Shown piece by piece: positions 1 through 10,711 of a DNA stretch of 64,000 nt. The position numbers and the translations under genes were made by a program. Positions within the stretch are counted from its first letter, which is position 1; each line of letters opens with the position of its first letter. Source of the DNA: Blepharisma stoltei ATCC 30299 (Eukaryota > Protista > Ciliophora); the NCBI GenBank assembly GCA_965603825.1, contig CBFDEM010000054.1, forward strand, positions 372,001 to 436,000, in the 5' to 3' direction. Below the pieces are notes generated by a model. It was not told the DNA's origin. It worked only from the letters and a program-made list of their open reading frames with translations, and searched no databases.

Positions 1-2
1 TA

Positions 3-1889
3 GAAAGAACGGAGCCAGGGAGGCTTGCTTTACCAAAGCAAACAACTTCAGCTGCAGCCAAAACTCTTGAAGCTACAAAGCCAGAACAAATTGAGCAGAA
101 CATAGAGGTTAGACAAGTCGCTGTTAAAAGCATGGATAAAAATCTTCGTGCAGCAAAAGCACTAGTGTTTAATAAGCCTGATCAGTCTGTAGCAAAAACT
201 CAGCAGGACTCCTCAAAGCAGAACACTCAGCATGATCTGAATTTGCTATTTAAGCCTGTTTTGGAAATAATGAGCGAAATTTTCTTGGAAATTATGCATC
301 AGCCCCAGTTCAAAAGTGTAAGAATTATGGATTTCAGAGATGTAGAGCACGGAGAAGACCTCACGAGAGAATTTTATGCGAAGATGGATAAGCTGAATAT
401 TGATTTTGTGGTTGGGTGCTTGGAGAATATTCAAAGAAGAGCTAGCTCGGTAGCTGACGTTCTGATTAAGATGGAGCAAGAATTCGAGCTTTATAGTGAA
501 CTGATTTTGAGTGCTATTGAAAAAATTAAAGCTGATGCTCCCTATTTTAAATTATTTATTGATAGCTTGAACTCAATAGCTGAAACCATGTCTTCTATAG
601 ATGAAGGCGTAACTGAAGAACTTTTTAATGATTTCTTGATTACTCCTTTAGCAAAACTGTCTCTGAAAAACCCTCATAAATCAGTTGTTCTGGTCAACTT
701 ATTAAACAGCTTTTCCAAAAAAAGCCCAGCCATTAGATATCGCTATTTGTGCAGACTGATGGATATACTGCCAAATTATGCAGAATTAGTCAAAATTATT
801 GCTCCACTGGTGAAGTTTGACAAAGAATACTATGAAGAGCTTCATACATATTATAAGCATTATGCAATTTTAGCATTATCACACTCTTCTCCTGTAGTAA
901 GGACTGCTGGGATAGCTATTTTAGGCTCAATTGGGGACTTGAATCCTGAAATGATACTAGAAGAAGTCCATCAAGTTGAAAGACTCGGCAATGATACATG
1001 GTGGGAGGTAAAAGCACAAATTTTACGACTCTCTGGAATTATGCTTCCTCTAATCCCAAGAGAAAAAACAGAAACTCTATATAGTCTTATCACCTCAATA
1101 TTTGTCCCATCAGCTAGTAAAAATATTATCAGAATAGGCTTAATCTATCTAGCTCCTGTGCTGCATACATTTCCAGAGCTTTGTGAGATATACGTTGAAT
1201 GCTTATTGTCTCTTTCAAGTGAAGAAAGAGGGAAAATTCTAGATACTGAACAAGTTGTTAGAGGCAGCTGTGTGTTTGGAAGCAGCACACAAAGCTATAA
1301 GCTCTCTGGAGTTCCTTTAAGCTGGAATGCTTTAGGGATTGCATCAAGCTTAGCTAAATCAGTTATATATAGAAATTTAGACAACTTGGAATATGCACAT
1401 GTAGATGTTCTTTGGGCTTGCTTATACAAGCCACCAAATCAACATGAATGGATTAACGTATTTGACCAGCTGAAAAATTATATATATGTTGGCTTATGTG
1501 ACCCAGATATAAGTGAAGGAGTCATAGCTATTGCAAAGCACTTCTTAACAGCCCCAGGGATTATGACAGAAATCATTAAACGATCCAAAGATACCTTAAT
1601 AAGGAGCTTAAATCTCCTGTTAACCACTGATGTGGATAGGAAGTGTGTAGCTCAAGGATATGGGTTTATAAAATCATTGTACTGGGAATATGAGCTGCCA
1701 GAGCTACAGGAATTTGTATTTGTAGTGCTCAAAACTTTTGCTGAGAAGTACCCAGTGATTTTTGAGCGATCTGAGCTATTAGAAATTATCAACGAAATAA
1801 TCAGACATAGAAGAGGTGATATTTTTGGCGAAGATAAAGGGGAAATTGGCGCATCTTCTAAGAAAGGCTCAGAAAAAGAGATTAAATAA
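3..1889 (+). CDS. ARM/HEAT-repeat alpha-solenoid protein, 5'-partial
   Basis: Frame is open from position 3 through the 132..1889 ORF to TAA. Leu-rich helical repeats with HEAT-like motifs (LSHSSPVVRTAGIAILG; NDTWWEVKAQILRL). Confidence 0.7.
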   Translation, partial: ERTEPGRLALPKQTTSAAAKTLEATKPEQIEQNIEVRQVAVKSMDKNLRAAKALVFNKPDQSVAKTQQDSSKQNTQHDLNLLFKPVLEIMSEIFLEIMHQPQFKSVRIMDFRDVEHGEDLTREFYAKMDKLNIDFVVGCLENIQRRASSVADVLIKMEQEFELYSELILSAIEKIKADAPYFKLFIDSLNSIAETMSSIDEGVTEELFNDFLITPLAKLSLKNPHKSVVLVNLLNSFSKKSPAIRYRYLCRLMDILPNYAELVKIIAPLVKFDKEYYEELHTYYKHYAILALSHSSPVVRTAGIAILGSIGDLNPEMILEEVHQVERLGNDTWWEVKAQILRLSGIMLPLIPREKTETLYSLITSIFVPSASKNIIRIGLIYLAPVLHTFPELCEIYVECLLSLSSEERGKILDTEQVVRGSCVFGSSTQSYKLSGVPLSWNALGIASSLAKSVIYRNLDNLEYAHVDVLWACLYKPPNQHEWINVFDQLKNYIYVGLCDPDISEGVIAIAKHFLTAPGIMTEIIKRSKDTLIRSLNLLLTTDVDRKCVAQGYGFIKSLYWEYELPELQEFVFVVLKTFAEKYPVIFERSELLEIINEIIRHRRGDIFGEDKGEIGASSKKGSEKEIK

Positions 1890-1909
1890 GTATTTACTTT
1901 ATGAATTGC

Positions 1910-3031
1910 TCAGTCTATGTAAGTAAAACTGTTTGTAGCGGTGTCTAAACCACCTATTTGTTTAAGATATTCACTTCTTACAACTAAAATTCCAACATCT
2001 GTTGAAATGGAAATCCAAATCCCGCTTGCTTTGAGGCAGTAAGGATAACCCATTCCAAATAATCTTTCTCGGGATTCTACAATTAGGCCGTCAAGATCAC
2101 ATAGATCTATCATTTCTCGAATGTTTCCGTTTTCTCATAGGTAAATCAAACCTCGCTTGTCAACAGAAACTACTAGGCCTTTAGCTGCAGAAACATTCAT
2201 TTGGTGGTCTTCAGCTTCGTTTTCACTGAGATGTTGAGTTTGGATTAATGCTGGAAAAATAGCTACAATATCTGCTGGATGGACTCCAAGAGTTGAGGTG
2301 GATTCGCCTGTAGAAATGTCAATAGACCGTATTTCTCGATAATTATGAACGTAAATTATAGACTCCTGAGCTAGATACGCGCACGATAAGTGGCCAAAAT
2401 TTTTGTCTAAATCCTTAACTTTTTTATGAAACTGTTGGCTGATATTCAAAATTTTTAATTCCCTCAGTCCATTTTGGTGTTTTTCAATTCAAAGCAGCTT
2501 TTCTCCATTAAAATCCATCGGTGCAGAGTGTTTTGGCAGCATCATATCTTGATATTCATGAACTTCAGTCGTCGCCAAGTTATGAACGATCAGTTTGCCT
2601 TTGCCTTCTGCTCTCAGGTTTTCAAAAACTTCTCCTTCTTCCTCAATTATAACGATACAGATTTTTGGCCGAGCCTGAAAAACATGTGTCATGGCACATA
2701 TCATTGGAGAATGTTCCCTTCCTTGATGGTTCAACTCTTCCATATGTCATTCTCCTTTATCGTTTCTATATAGCACTAATACGTACAAGTCTCCTATAGT
2801 AGCATATAAGGTGCTTTCTTCACTGAGGTAAACCCCTTTTACACATTCTTCAGTCATTTCTGTCAAAAGAACTTGCTCTTTATTAGAAAGGTTCAAATAG
2901 CCAATCTGTCCAAGCGCTGTTCCATAAACCAACTGCGAACCTGCCATGTCGATGCATAAAATTGGGTCCCCAAAGCGAGTTTCTATTACAAATTCAAGTA
3001 CTCCTTTATTTGCAGGTGCGATTTTATTCAT
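1910..3031 (-). CDS. Divergent WD40-like beta-propeller protein (3' end uncertain, see findings)
   Basis: Track ORFs 2747-3031, 2489-2743, 2135-2449 and 1910-2113 are all in one frame and are joined by TGA codons. Propeller-like motifs: LVYGTALGQIGYLNL, GVHPADIVAI, VVSVDKRGLIYL-W(TGA)-E. Confidence 0.75.
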
Positions 3032-3046
3032 CTTTAATATAACTGA

Positions 3047-4480
3047 TTAATTATTTAATTCTATTTTCGGCCCTTCTTCATTAGCGAAAAACATATGCAA
3101 GTCTTTGTTAGGGATACTTTCTATACTATCTGGAACCCATTCAGGAGCTGTCGCTGATTTTTGGATCAGCTTATGTCTTACAGCGATTTCAAAATTAAGG
3201 CTTTTGTGGAGGTAAAGCTGGTTTTGCAAGTTGTAGCCTTGAACTAGGCAGTCTTTTTCTGAAAGCTTTCTGCATTTAAGAAGGTGTTTCATGCAAATCT
3301 AAATAAAAATTACTTTAAGTGATAAAGGACATTGCTGTTTAATAAGTCTGATTGCGCCTTTTATGAATTTTACAACAACTGATTCTTCATCGTTTTCTAG
3401 CTTTAAAGCAGAGGATAAATTTTCTTTTAATTTTTCAATGCTGTTAGATTTCCCAAAGGTGTTTTCTAAGACTTGGGTTGCCTGATGTAATATATTATTG
3501 GTAAGCTGAGGGGCACTGTGATATTTATCAGCTGTTTGCCATGGGTTTGTGCTAGTTTTTAGTTCGTTGAGCAGCTTATTTACAGCGTTCTCCGATGGCA
3601 GATAATGTGTGGCAATTCCTAAAAGAAAAACATCAGCACCAGTAATAGTGTCACCAGTTAATGATAAATATAAGCCCAATGGAAATTTCAAAACATTTGC
3701 AAAAAAATTCGCTGTGCTCCCATCTTGGCAAGTCCCGAAGGTATTTTCTGGAACAGAAAATACAGTAGTAGGAGTAGCAATCCTTATTTTGCAGCTCAAT
3801 GCTAAACCTGTTCCTGAACCCATTACAGTCCCTTGCATTATACATACAGATTTTTGCTGTCTCTTTAAGAAATGGAGAGCTCTGGCTTTATTTTCACAGA
3901 ATGATGATATAGATCTTGGGTTCAATGAAAGCCATAGCATATCGTCACCTATGCTAAATTCATCTTTCTGTCCGCATAGAATAAGAGTGATATCATCGTT
4001 TTTCAATTGCAATATTTTTACAAGGCTTTCAACCATTTCAAAATTAAGAGCATTAGAGTTGCTTGCTCGGTTTAATGTAAGGATGCTATAATTTTGACCA
4101 AGCTCAATATCAATTAAAGGGCTTAGTCCTCGTTCTGTACTGTTTTCTTTGAAATACCAATGAAAATACCCTTGCCTATGCATAAAATTTGTGAAATTTA
4201 CATTTTTGCATGACTGCCTGAATTCAGCTGATTGAAGCAGCTTTAAAAAATGCAAGCAGCGGGGAAATCTTAATAATAGTTACATAATGAATTTCGAGTA
4301 TTCTGGCTGAGTTCAATAATTAAGGTATTCCAAATATTCAATAAACATTGGATCATCAAAATATCCCATGCCCGCTAAATCTAAGTCACTGTTACAATTG
4401 AGATAGCCCATATGAGAAAGACATTGTATAAACTCAAGCTCCATTTGGAACCTTAAAAACTCAGATTGCTCATCTTGCAT
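3047..4480 (-). CDS. MED31: Mediator subunit MED31/SOH1 domain in frame with a 3-hydroxyisobutyryl-CoA hydrolase (crotonase-fold) domain; 3 tiny introns
   Basis: Spliced N-terminus MQDEQSEFLRFQMELEFIQCLSHMGYLNYLAGMGYFDDPMFIEYLEYLNYW(TGA)TQPEYSKFIIFPRCLHFLKLLQ matches MED31. It continues without a stop into ILTLNRASNSNALNFEMV, GTVMGSGTGL, FSVPENTFGTCQDG, CPLSLK (HIBCH-like) and ends at TAA 3047-3049. Confidence 0.85.
3299..3313 (-). other. 15-nt spliceosomal intron (HIBCH-like domain)
   Basis: GTAATTTTTATTTAG, A at position 10. Removal deletes an in-frame TAG and joins CPLSLK to ICMKHLL. Confidence 0.9.
4269..4283 (-). other. 15-nt spliceosomal intron (MED31)
   Basis: GTAACTATTATTAAG. Removal deletes an in-frame TAA and restores MED31-like SKFIIFPRCL. 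Confidence 0.9.
4381..4395 (-). other. 15-nt spliceosomal intron (MED31)
   Basis: GTAACAGTGACTTAG. Removal deletes a 5-aa insertion and restores YLNYLA, colinear with MED31 YLNFLA. Confidence 0.8.
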
Positions 4481-4540
4481 TATTTGTAAATATTTATTTC
4501 ATTTTTCAAGATAAAGAAATTATGAAGGCATTTATAAAAG

Positions 4541-6958
4541 ATGTCTGACTCAAATATGACGATGCAGTGCAAAGTAAAAGAGTTCGAAAATATTTCATCA
4601 TTTATCTGTGTGTGCTCGCTAAATGGATTTTTGAGTTGTAAAGCTCATTTGATGGAACATATTGACAAATCTATAAATACTATCAATCATTATGCTGAAC
4701 TAATTGCATGGGCTTGGCATCAGCCGAAAAGAAAAAGCGACGCAGATATCTTAAAGAGCTTAGATTCACAGACTTCAGCTTTTAAGACTCAATTTCGATT
4801 TTTGAATCCAAACAAATTCTCTTTTAATCCTATCTTGCACAATATAAATAATAAAATCTCCAAACTGCTAGCTAAAACTATTCTTCAAATAAATGACAAT
4901 TCCTCACTTAATGCCAGCTACATTAACAAAATCAACTTTACCAGGAATCAAAAAATATTGAGGAATTTTAAAGATTTGATGACTGAGGATTTGCAAGATA
5001 AGTTATTTAGTATTATTTTGCAGTCTAGAGAAAATAAAAACCTAAAATATGCAGCCAGCAACGCAATAACTATTTTGAATTACAGCAAATATGAATTTAT
5101 TAATAAAGATCTGAGGGGAGTTGAAATTGAAGGCGCTAACCTTTCTGAAGCCCTTATAATAAATTCTAACTTTCAAGGTAGCAATTTGAAGAAGGTTGAT
5201 TTCTCATTTGCAAACATTTATGACTCAAATTTTTGTGATTGTGATTTAACAGATGCATGGTTTGGACAGTACCCTCCCATATTAGATAAATTTTCTGAAA
5301 ATGATACACTTTCATGATGTGGGGATTATTTAGCATATGCTTATGGCTCCACTGTAGTTTTACATAATATTCACAAGGGAACTGTGTTTAAAGAATTTAA
5401 ACATAATCAAGATATTAATGCAATTGGATTATCAAGGGATGGGCGTTTTCTTGCAGCTGCTGATTGGAACTATAAAATCCATCTATGAGATATTGATCTA
5501 CAAAAAGAGCTCATGGAATTAAAAAGGCACTCACAGACTATTAAATCAATTTCATTTTCTCCAAATGGTGAATTCTTTGCAACAGTGGGCAATGATTGTA
5601 GATTAAGATTATGAAATATTGCAGATCGCAGGGCAATTGATACACGAAAACTAAGCTGAGCCTTAACCTCAGTTTCATTTTCTTCTTGCAGTAAATATAT
5701 CGCTTTAGGATTTTGGCATTTGTCCACAGTGTTTTCTATAAGGAATATTGAATTAAACAAATGTGTATTTTATCACCCAAGTGATGTAATAAATGTGTCC
5801 TTTTCCTGCTTTTCAAGATATTTAATTACTTCATGCAATGATTTTATTATCAGGATTTGAGATACTGAATGTGGGCAGCTAATAAAATCAATTAAAATTT
5901 GAGCTTATAAAGAAAGGCCTTCAGGAAAAAACTTATTTAATCCAAATTCATTGATTAAGTTTTGAGCAAAATATTGCTTTTCAGAATTCAATGATGCATT
6001 TTCAAATGTTTTTCACCGTTGGGGAATAAATTTTTCTCCTGATCAAAAATACGCAGCTGTTCGAAATACTCAAAAGTCACTTAAAATTTGAGACGCAAAA
6101 GCTTTAGTGGATCATCCTTCTTTTTACAAGCAAATCACTTCTATATCTTTTTCTCATGATGAAAAATATATTGCGCTTACAAATGCTTCGAAATCAATAA
6201 AAATACACAATGTAATTGCAAAGAGAAAAGAATTTAAACTTAAAGGCAATCAAGGTATTGCTAAATTTGTAGCATTTTCAAGACTTGATTATTTTCTTGT
6301 TTCGCTATATGTGAATAATTATATAATTTTATGAGATGTAGTCCATCAATTTCCGATAAAACAATTTGAAATAGAAGATTGCCAAATTTCTGCTGTTGAT
6401 GTATCTTTTAATTGCAATTTTATAGGTACTGGGTTTTTAAAAGGCCATATCAAGATATGAAATATACTATCCCCTTCAGAAAATAATATTCTAAGGCAGG
6501 TAGGGAAAATTAATTGCATTAAATTTTCGCCTTCTGGAGAGTATATTGCTGCTTCAAGCTCTAATAGCGAATTTCGCTTATGAAGAATAAAGAAGAAAAA
6601 CTTTGTGAACTTCGGATATAAAGATTTGAAAAGAGTATTGTGCTTTTGCTTTACTTTATCTGGAAAATATTTAGTATTAGCCTATTCAGAAGGGCCTACA
6701 ATTCTTTGAGATATTCATAAAAGACAAAAACTTACAGTTATTCAAACAAATGAAGCGGTCACATCAATTTCTCCATGTGGAGACTTATTGATAACTGGAA
6801 GTCTTAATGACATAAAAGTATGAAATATTTGGCAAGGAAATATGATAAAAAAGTATAATTATCACTCTGAAATCATCAGTTCAATTCAATATATTAATAA
6901 AAAGTCAATGCTTGTTGCAGCAGGCACTGATGATACAATTAAATTCTTCAGCATTTAA
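4541..6958 (+). CDS. Pentapeptide-repeat + WD40-repeat protein, copy 1 (~805 aa)
   Basis: Single frame from ATG 4541 to TAA 6956-6958 with about 13 in-frame TGA, mostly at the W of WD motifs (IHLWD, LRLWN, IRIWD, LKIWD). Pentapeptide region AASNAITILN..DLRGVEIEGANLSEA..FQGSNLKKVDFSFANI. Confidence 0.88.
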
Positions 6959-7287
6959 GAATTTATTGAATATTTAAAAACATAGTTAATATTATTAAAT
7001 CAGCAACTTTAACAAATTTCTTTTATTGCTGCTATCATTAAAAAGAAATTGTGATAAATTAGATTTAATTATGGAATGCATTATTCATGAAGTAAATTAA
7101 AATCAAAAACGTTTCATCTTAAAATTCTAAAAAAAGTCCTTTTGGGATTTTTAGTATAAACTTGTATCTAAAAAAATTAATCGAGCAATTAGTACTAGAG
7201 TTTGAGGCTCTATTAGTTAGAGCATTCTTCTATGGCTTTTGAGATATTAACATTAAAAATGTAAATTTATAAGAATTGGCATCAATA

Positions 7288-9672
7288 ATGAATTACCAAT
7301 ATAATGATTATAGATCTCACAGAAAACAAATTCTTGATATTTCATTAGAGCACAAAAATTCACTCATTTTATCATCAAGTCCTCAGTGAAGCTTTTTCTC
7401 TTTAATCTCTGCTTGTTCTAATCTTACTAAAAGTGCAATCAACTCTAAAATTGCAAGTACTCTTGCTGCTCACATCCTTCAAATATATGACTATTCCACT
7501 CTAAATAGAAGTTATATGAATAAAATTAATTTTGCAGACTATAAAGAAATCTTAAGGGCTTGCAAGGTTTTAATAACCGAAGAGCATCAAATTAAACTAT
7601 TTAGCATTATTTTGCAATCTAGAGAACATAAAAATCTAAAATTTGCTGCTAGCAACGCAATGACTGTCTTGAATTACTCCAAATATGAATTTATCAATAA
7701 AGATCTAAGCAGCATTGAAATTGAAGGCGCAGACCTCTCTGAAGCACTCATAATTAACTCAAACTTTCAGGGAAGCAATTTGAGAAAAGTAGACTTTTCC
7801 TATGCTAATATTTATTGTTCTAGTTTCCGCAATTGCGATTTAACTGATGCTTGGTTCGGTCAGCATCCTCCAATTATAAATGAATCTCTTGATTATAAAG
7901 CAAGATTTTCATGGAATGGGGATTATTTAGCTTATAGTTTTAACAATGCTGTTCTTTTGCATGATATTAAGCATGGCATAACATATAAAGAGCTCAAGCA
8001 CAATGCAGAAATAACAGAAATTGCCTTTTCTAAAGATGGACTTTTGCTTGCAATAAGCGATAAAAATAGCATTCTGCATCTTTGAGATTCTGAACTTAAT
8101 AAAAAAATTGGGGAATTTGATGAGCAAAAAAGAACAATAACTTCAATTGCGTTTTCTCCCGATAGCAATTTTATTGCTGTTGGAAGTCGAGAACATTTCT
8201 TAGTAATATGAAATATTAAAGCAAGTCAAATTAAGAGCCTTATAACTCTTGATGTACCTGTAAACTCTGTTACATATTCTCCTTGCGGTATATATATTGC
8301 TATTGGAGTATTTGACTTTTATCAGTTAATCGTGTACGCTGAAAGTCCGCTTATAAATAAATTCAAATTTGATCTCCCTGAAATTCCATATAATGCCTCT
8401 TTTTCTCCATGTTCGAAATATTTTATAAATGATTGTGATGATTCCACTATTAATGTGTGAGATATGGAAAACGGTCAATTTATTAAGACAATCAATTGAT
8501 ATTTTGATTGTTGGACCTTATTTAAGCTTTCTTTTCATTATTTAGCATTCTCATTAAACCCTGTACCTCCAATTAAACATTTTACAAAAAATGGGCATTT
8601 AGAAGCAAAGTGGCTAAGTGAATCCTTACTAAATTCATTAGAATTTTCATTTTCTCCTAATGAAAAATACTCAGCTATCAAGCTAAAAGATAAATCAATA
8701 GAAATTTGAGACACTAAATCTCTAGAAAGCCATATTTCAGAATATAAAGCTATTACTTCTATATCTGTTTCATATGATGGAAAATATATAGCTCTTACCA
8801 ACAACTCAAAATCAATAAAAATACAAATAATTGAAATAAAAGGAAGCCAATTTAAACTGAGAGGTCATCAGCATATAGTTACGTTTGCCACATTTTCAAA
8901 ACATGGATATTTTCTTGTGTCTTTATGCAGAAGAAATACTATAATCTTTTGAGATGTTTTTCATCAAGATGTTTTAAAGAGATATAGCGTGGGGTTAAAT
9001 TTACTTACAGCGCTTGATATATCTTTTGATGGAAATTTAATTGGTGTAGGACATCATTCTGGTGATATAAAGGTTTGAAGTATAATGCCTATGTCTGATG
9101 GGACAGAATCCATAATATGCAAAAAAGAAGGACAAAAACCTGAAACTTTAAATAATTTTTCGTCACTTGAAAATGAATATTCTTTAACCCAATCAGGATG
9201 TGTTACCTGTATTAAGTTTTCACCTTGTGGACATTTTATTGCGGCAGCAAGCATCAATAAAAAAATTATATTATGGGAAATTGATAGTAAAACGTCATTG
9301 GAGTTAAATGGCCACCAAGGTAACATAACCTGCATGTGCTTTATTCAATGTAAGAATTATTTGGTTTCAGCTGATGCAAATGGATTAGCAATGATTTGGG
9401 ATATTAGCAACACACAAGATAAAATCATGGAAATTCACATTCTTGATCAAATTATCGTATCGCTTGCTGTTTCTTGTTGTGGGAATTATTTAGCAGCAGG
9501 AGGAATTCATGGATCTATAAAATTATACGATTTTCAGCATAAAAAAATGCTAAAAGAAGCCATTTCTCATTCTAAGGCTGTTAATTCAATTCAATTTTTC
9601 AACAACAAAACGCCAATCCTTGTTACAGCCAGTATGGATGCAACACTTAAATTTTTTAAAATTAATAAATAA
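7288..9672 (+). CDS. Pentapeptide-repeat + WD40-repeat protein, copy 2 (~794 aa), tandem paralog
   Basis: ATG 7288 is in frame with track ORFs 7516 and 9085 via TGA codons. Near-identical pentapeptide block (KLFSIILQSRE.KNLK.AASNA.T.LNYSKYEFINKDL) and WD40 repeats (GHQGNITCM..LVSADANGLAMIWD). Confidence 0.88.
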
Positions 9673-10189
9673 TGGCATTCAAAATTATTATTTTTAAATT
9701 CGATACCTTTAAAAACACTTCCAGACATTAGGATAACTGAAAATTAAATCTTATCTAGGAGCTATACAAGCAATCATTTTGAAGATTTTTCATTTTGTAG
9801 ATTAGATATGCTCAGCTCTCGGATTATCAGATTTGTCTCAGGAAAAGATAGTTGCAAGGTCTATTAATTTAAAAGAGTAGTATTTAAGAAAGAAAATATT
9901 GTGATTTCTTTTTAAATAAACACTCTTATTACTCAAAGCTCAAGGAAAATATTTAGTGGCTTTGCCATTCCAAAATTATTAAAAGATGAAATTATAAAAT
10001 GATGAGTAAGAGCAATACTAAATCCATCAAAAAAATATTCCTGAAAATTTTTCACATTCTTGAATTTTATTCATTTTATCTTCAAGATCTCAATTAGGCT
10101 GGTTTTCTCTAAGCTTCTTCTCATAAAAATGGGGTAATAATTATATGAAACATTAGCACACTCATAAAGTAAAAAGATTTAGAGCTGAT

Positions 10190-10378
10190 AATTGCAAGAT
10201 CTCAGCAATAGCAGCTTCCAATTTAGCTACTGGAAGCATTAATGGCTCAATAAAAATTATGGTCCAAGTCTTTTTACTCAATTTCATGGCAATAAATTCA
10301 ATTCAGTTTCCCAATAATAAAGCACTTATGATTGCTTCTGCTAGCTCTGATGATACGATTAAATATTTTCACATTTAA
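10190..10378 (+). pseudogene. Decayed 3' fragment of a third pentapeptide-WD40 paralog
   Basis: aattcaattcagtttcccaataataaagcacttatgattgcttctgctagctctgatgatacgattaaatattttcacatttaa closely resembles the last WD blade and stop of copies 1 and 2. Upstream sequence is broken by stops and frameshifts, and the 5' boundary is approximate. Confidence 0.65.
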
Positions 10379-10711
10379 ATAATTATCTAAATAATAATAA
10401 TAAATATATTTTATCAATGTAAAATCTTATAGCAATTTAAGCAAAAAATATTTAAGAAATGAGAATCTGCTGTTGAGCAAGTCTAATGTAAAGATAAAAT
10501 TTAACAACATTAATTTTAAAATCCTTTTCCACTGTTGAATTATTTAAGAAAAAAAATTAATCACCATAAAAATTAGCACACCAAGCCTCAATTAAGAATT
10601 ACATATGATGCCCATAACCCTAAAAGACTTCTCTTGCAATTCATCTATCTAAATTAATAATCGTAATTTCTCCTAATATATTTAAAAACGGAATCGCAAA
10701 CTCAACCAAGT

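Noticed and set aside
1915-1929. Possible 15-nt intron GTTTTACTTACATAG near the end of the WD40-like gene
   Set aside because: It has the right length and position-10 A, but starts GTT rather than the GTA of all supported introns, and nothing requires its removal. Not listed as a feature.
3609-4091. Antisense/alternative-frame ORFs in the track (for example 3609-4091, 28374-28796, 48588-48995, 55237-55599)
   Set aside because: They are shadows of well-supported genes on the other strand or frame and have no recognisable motifs.
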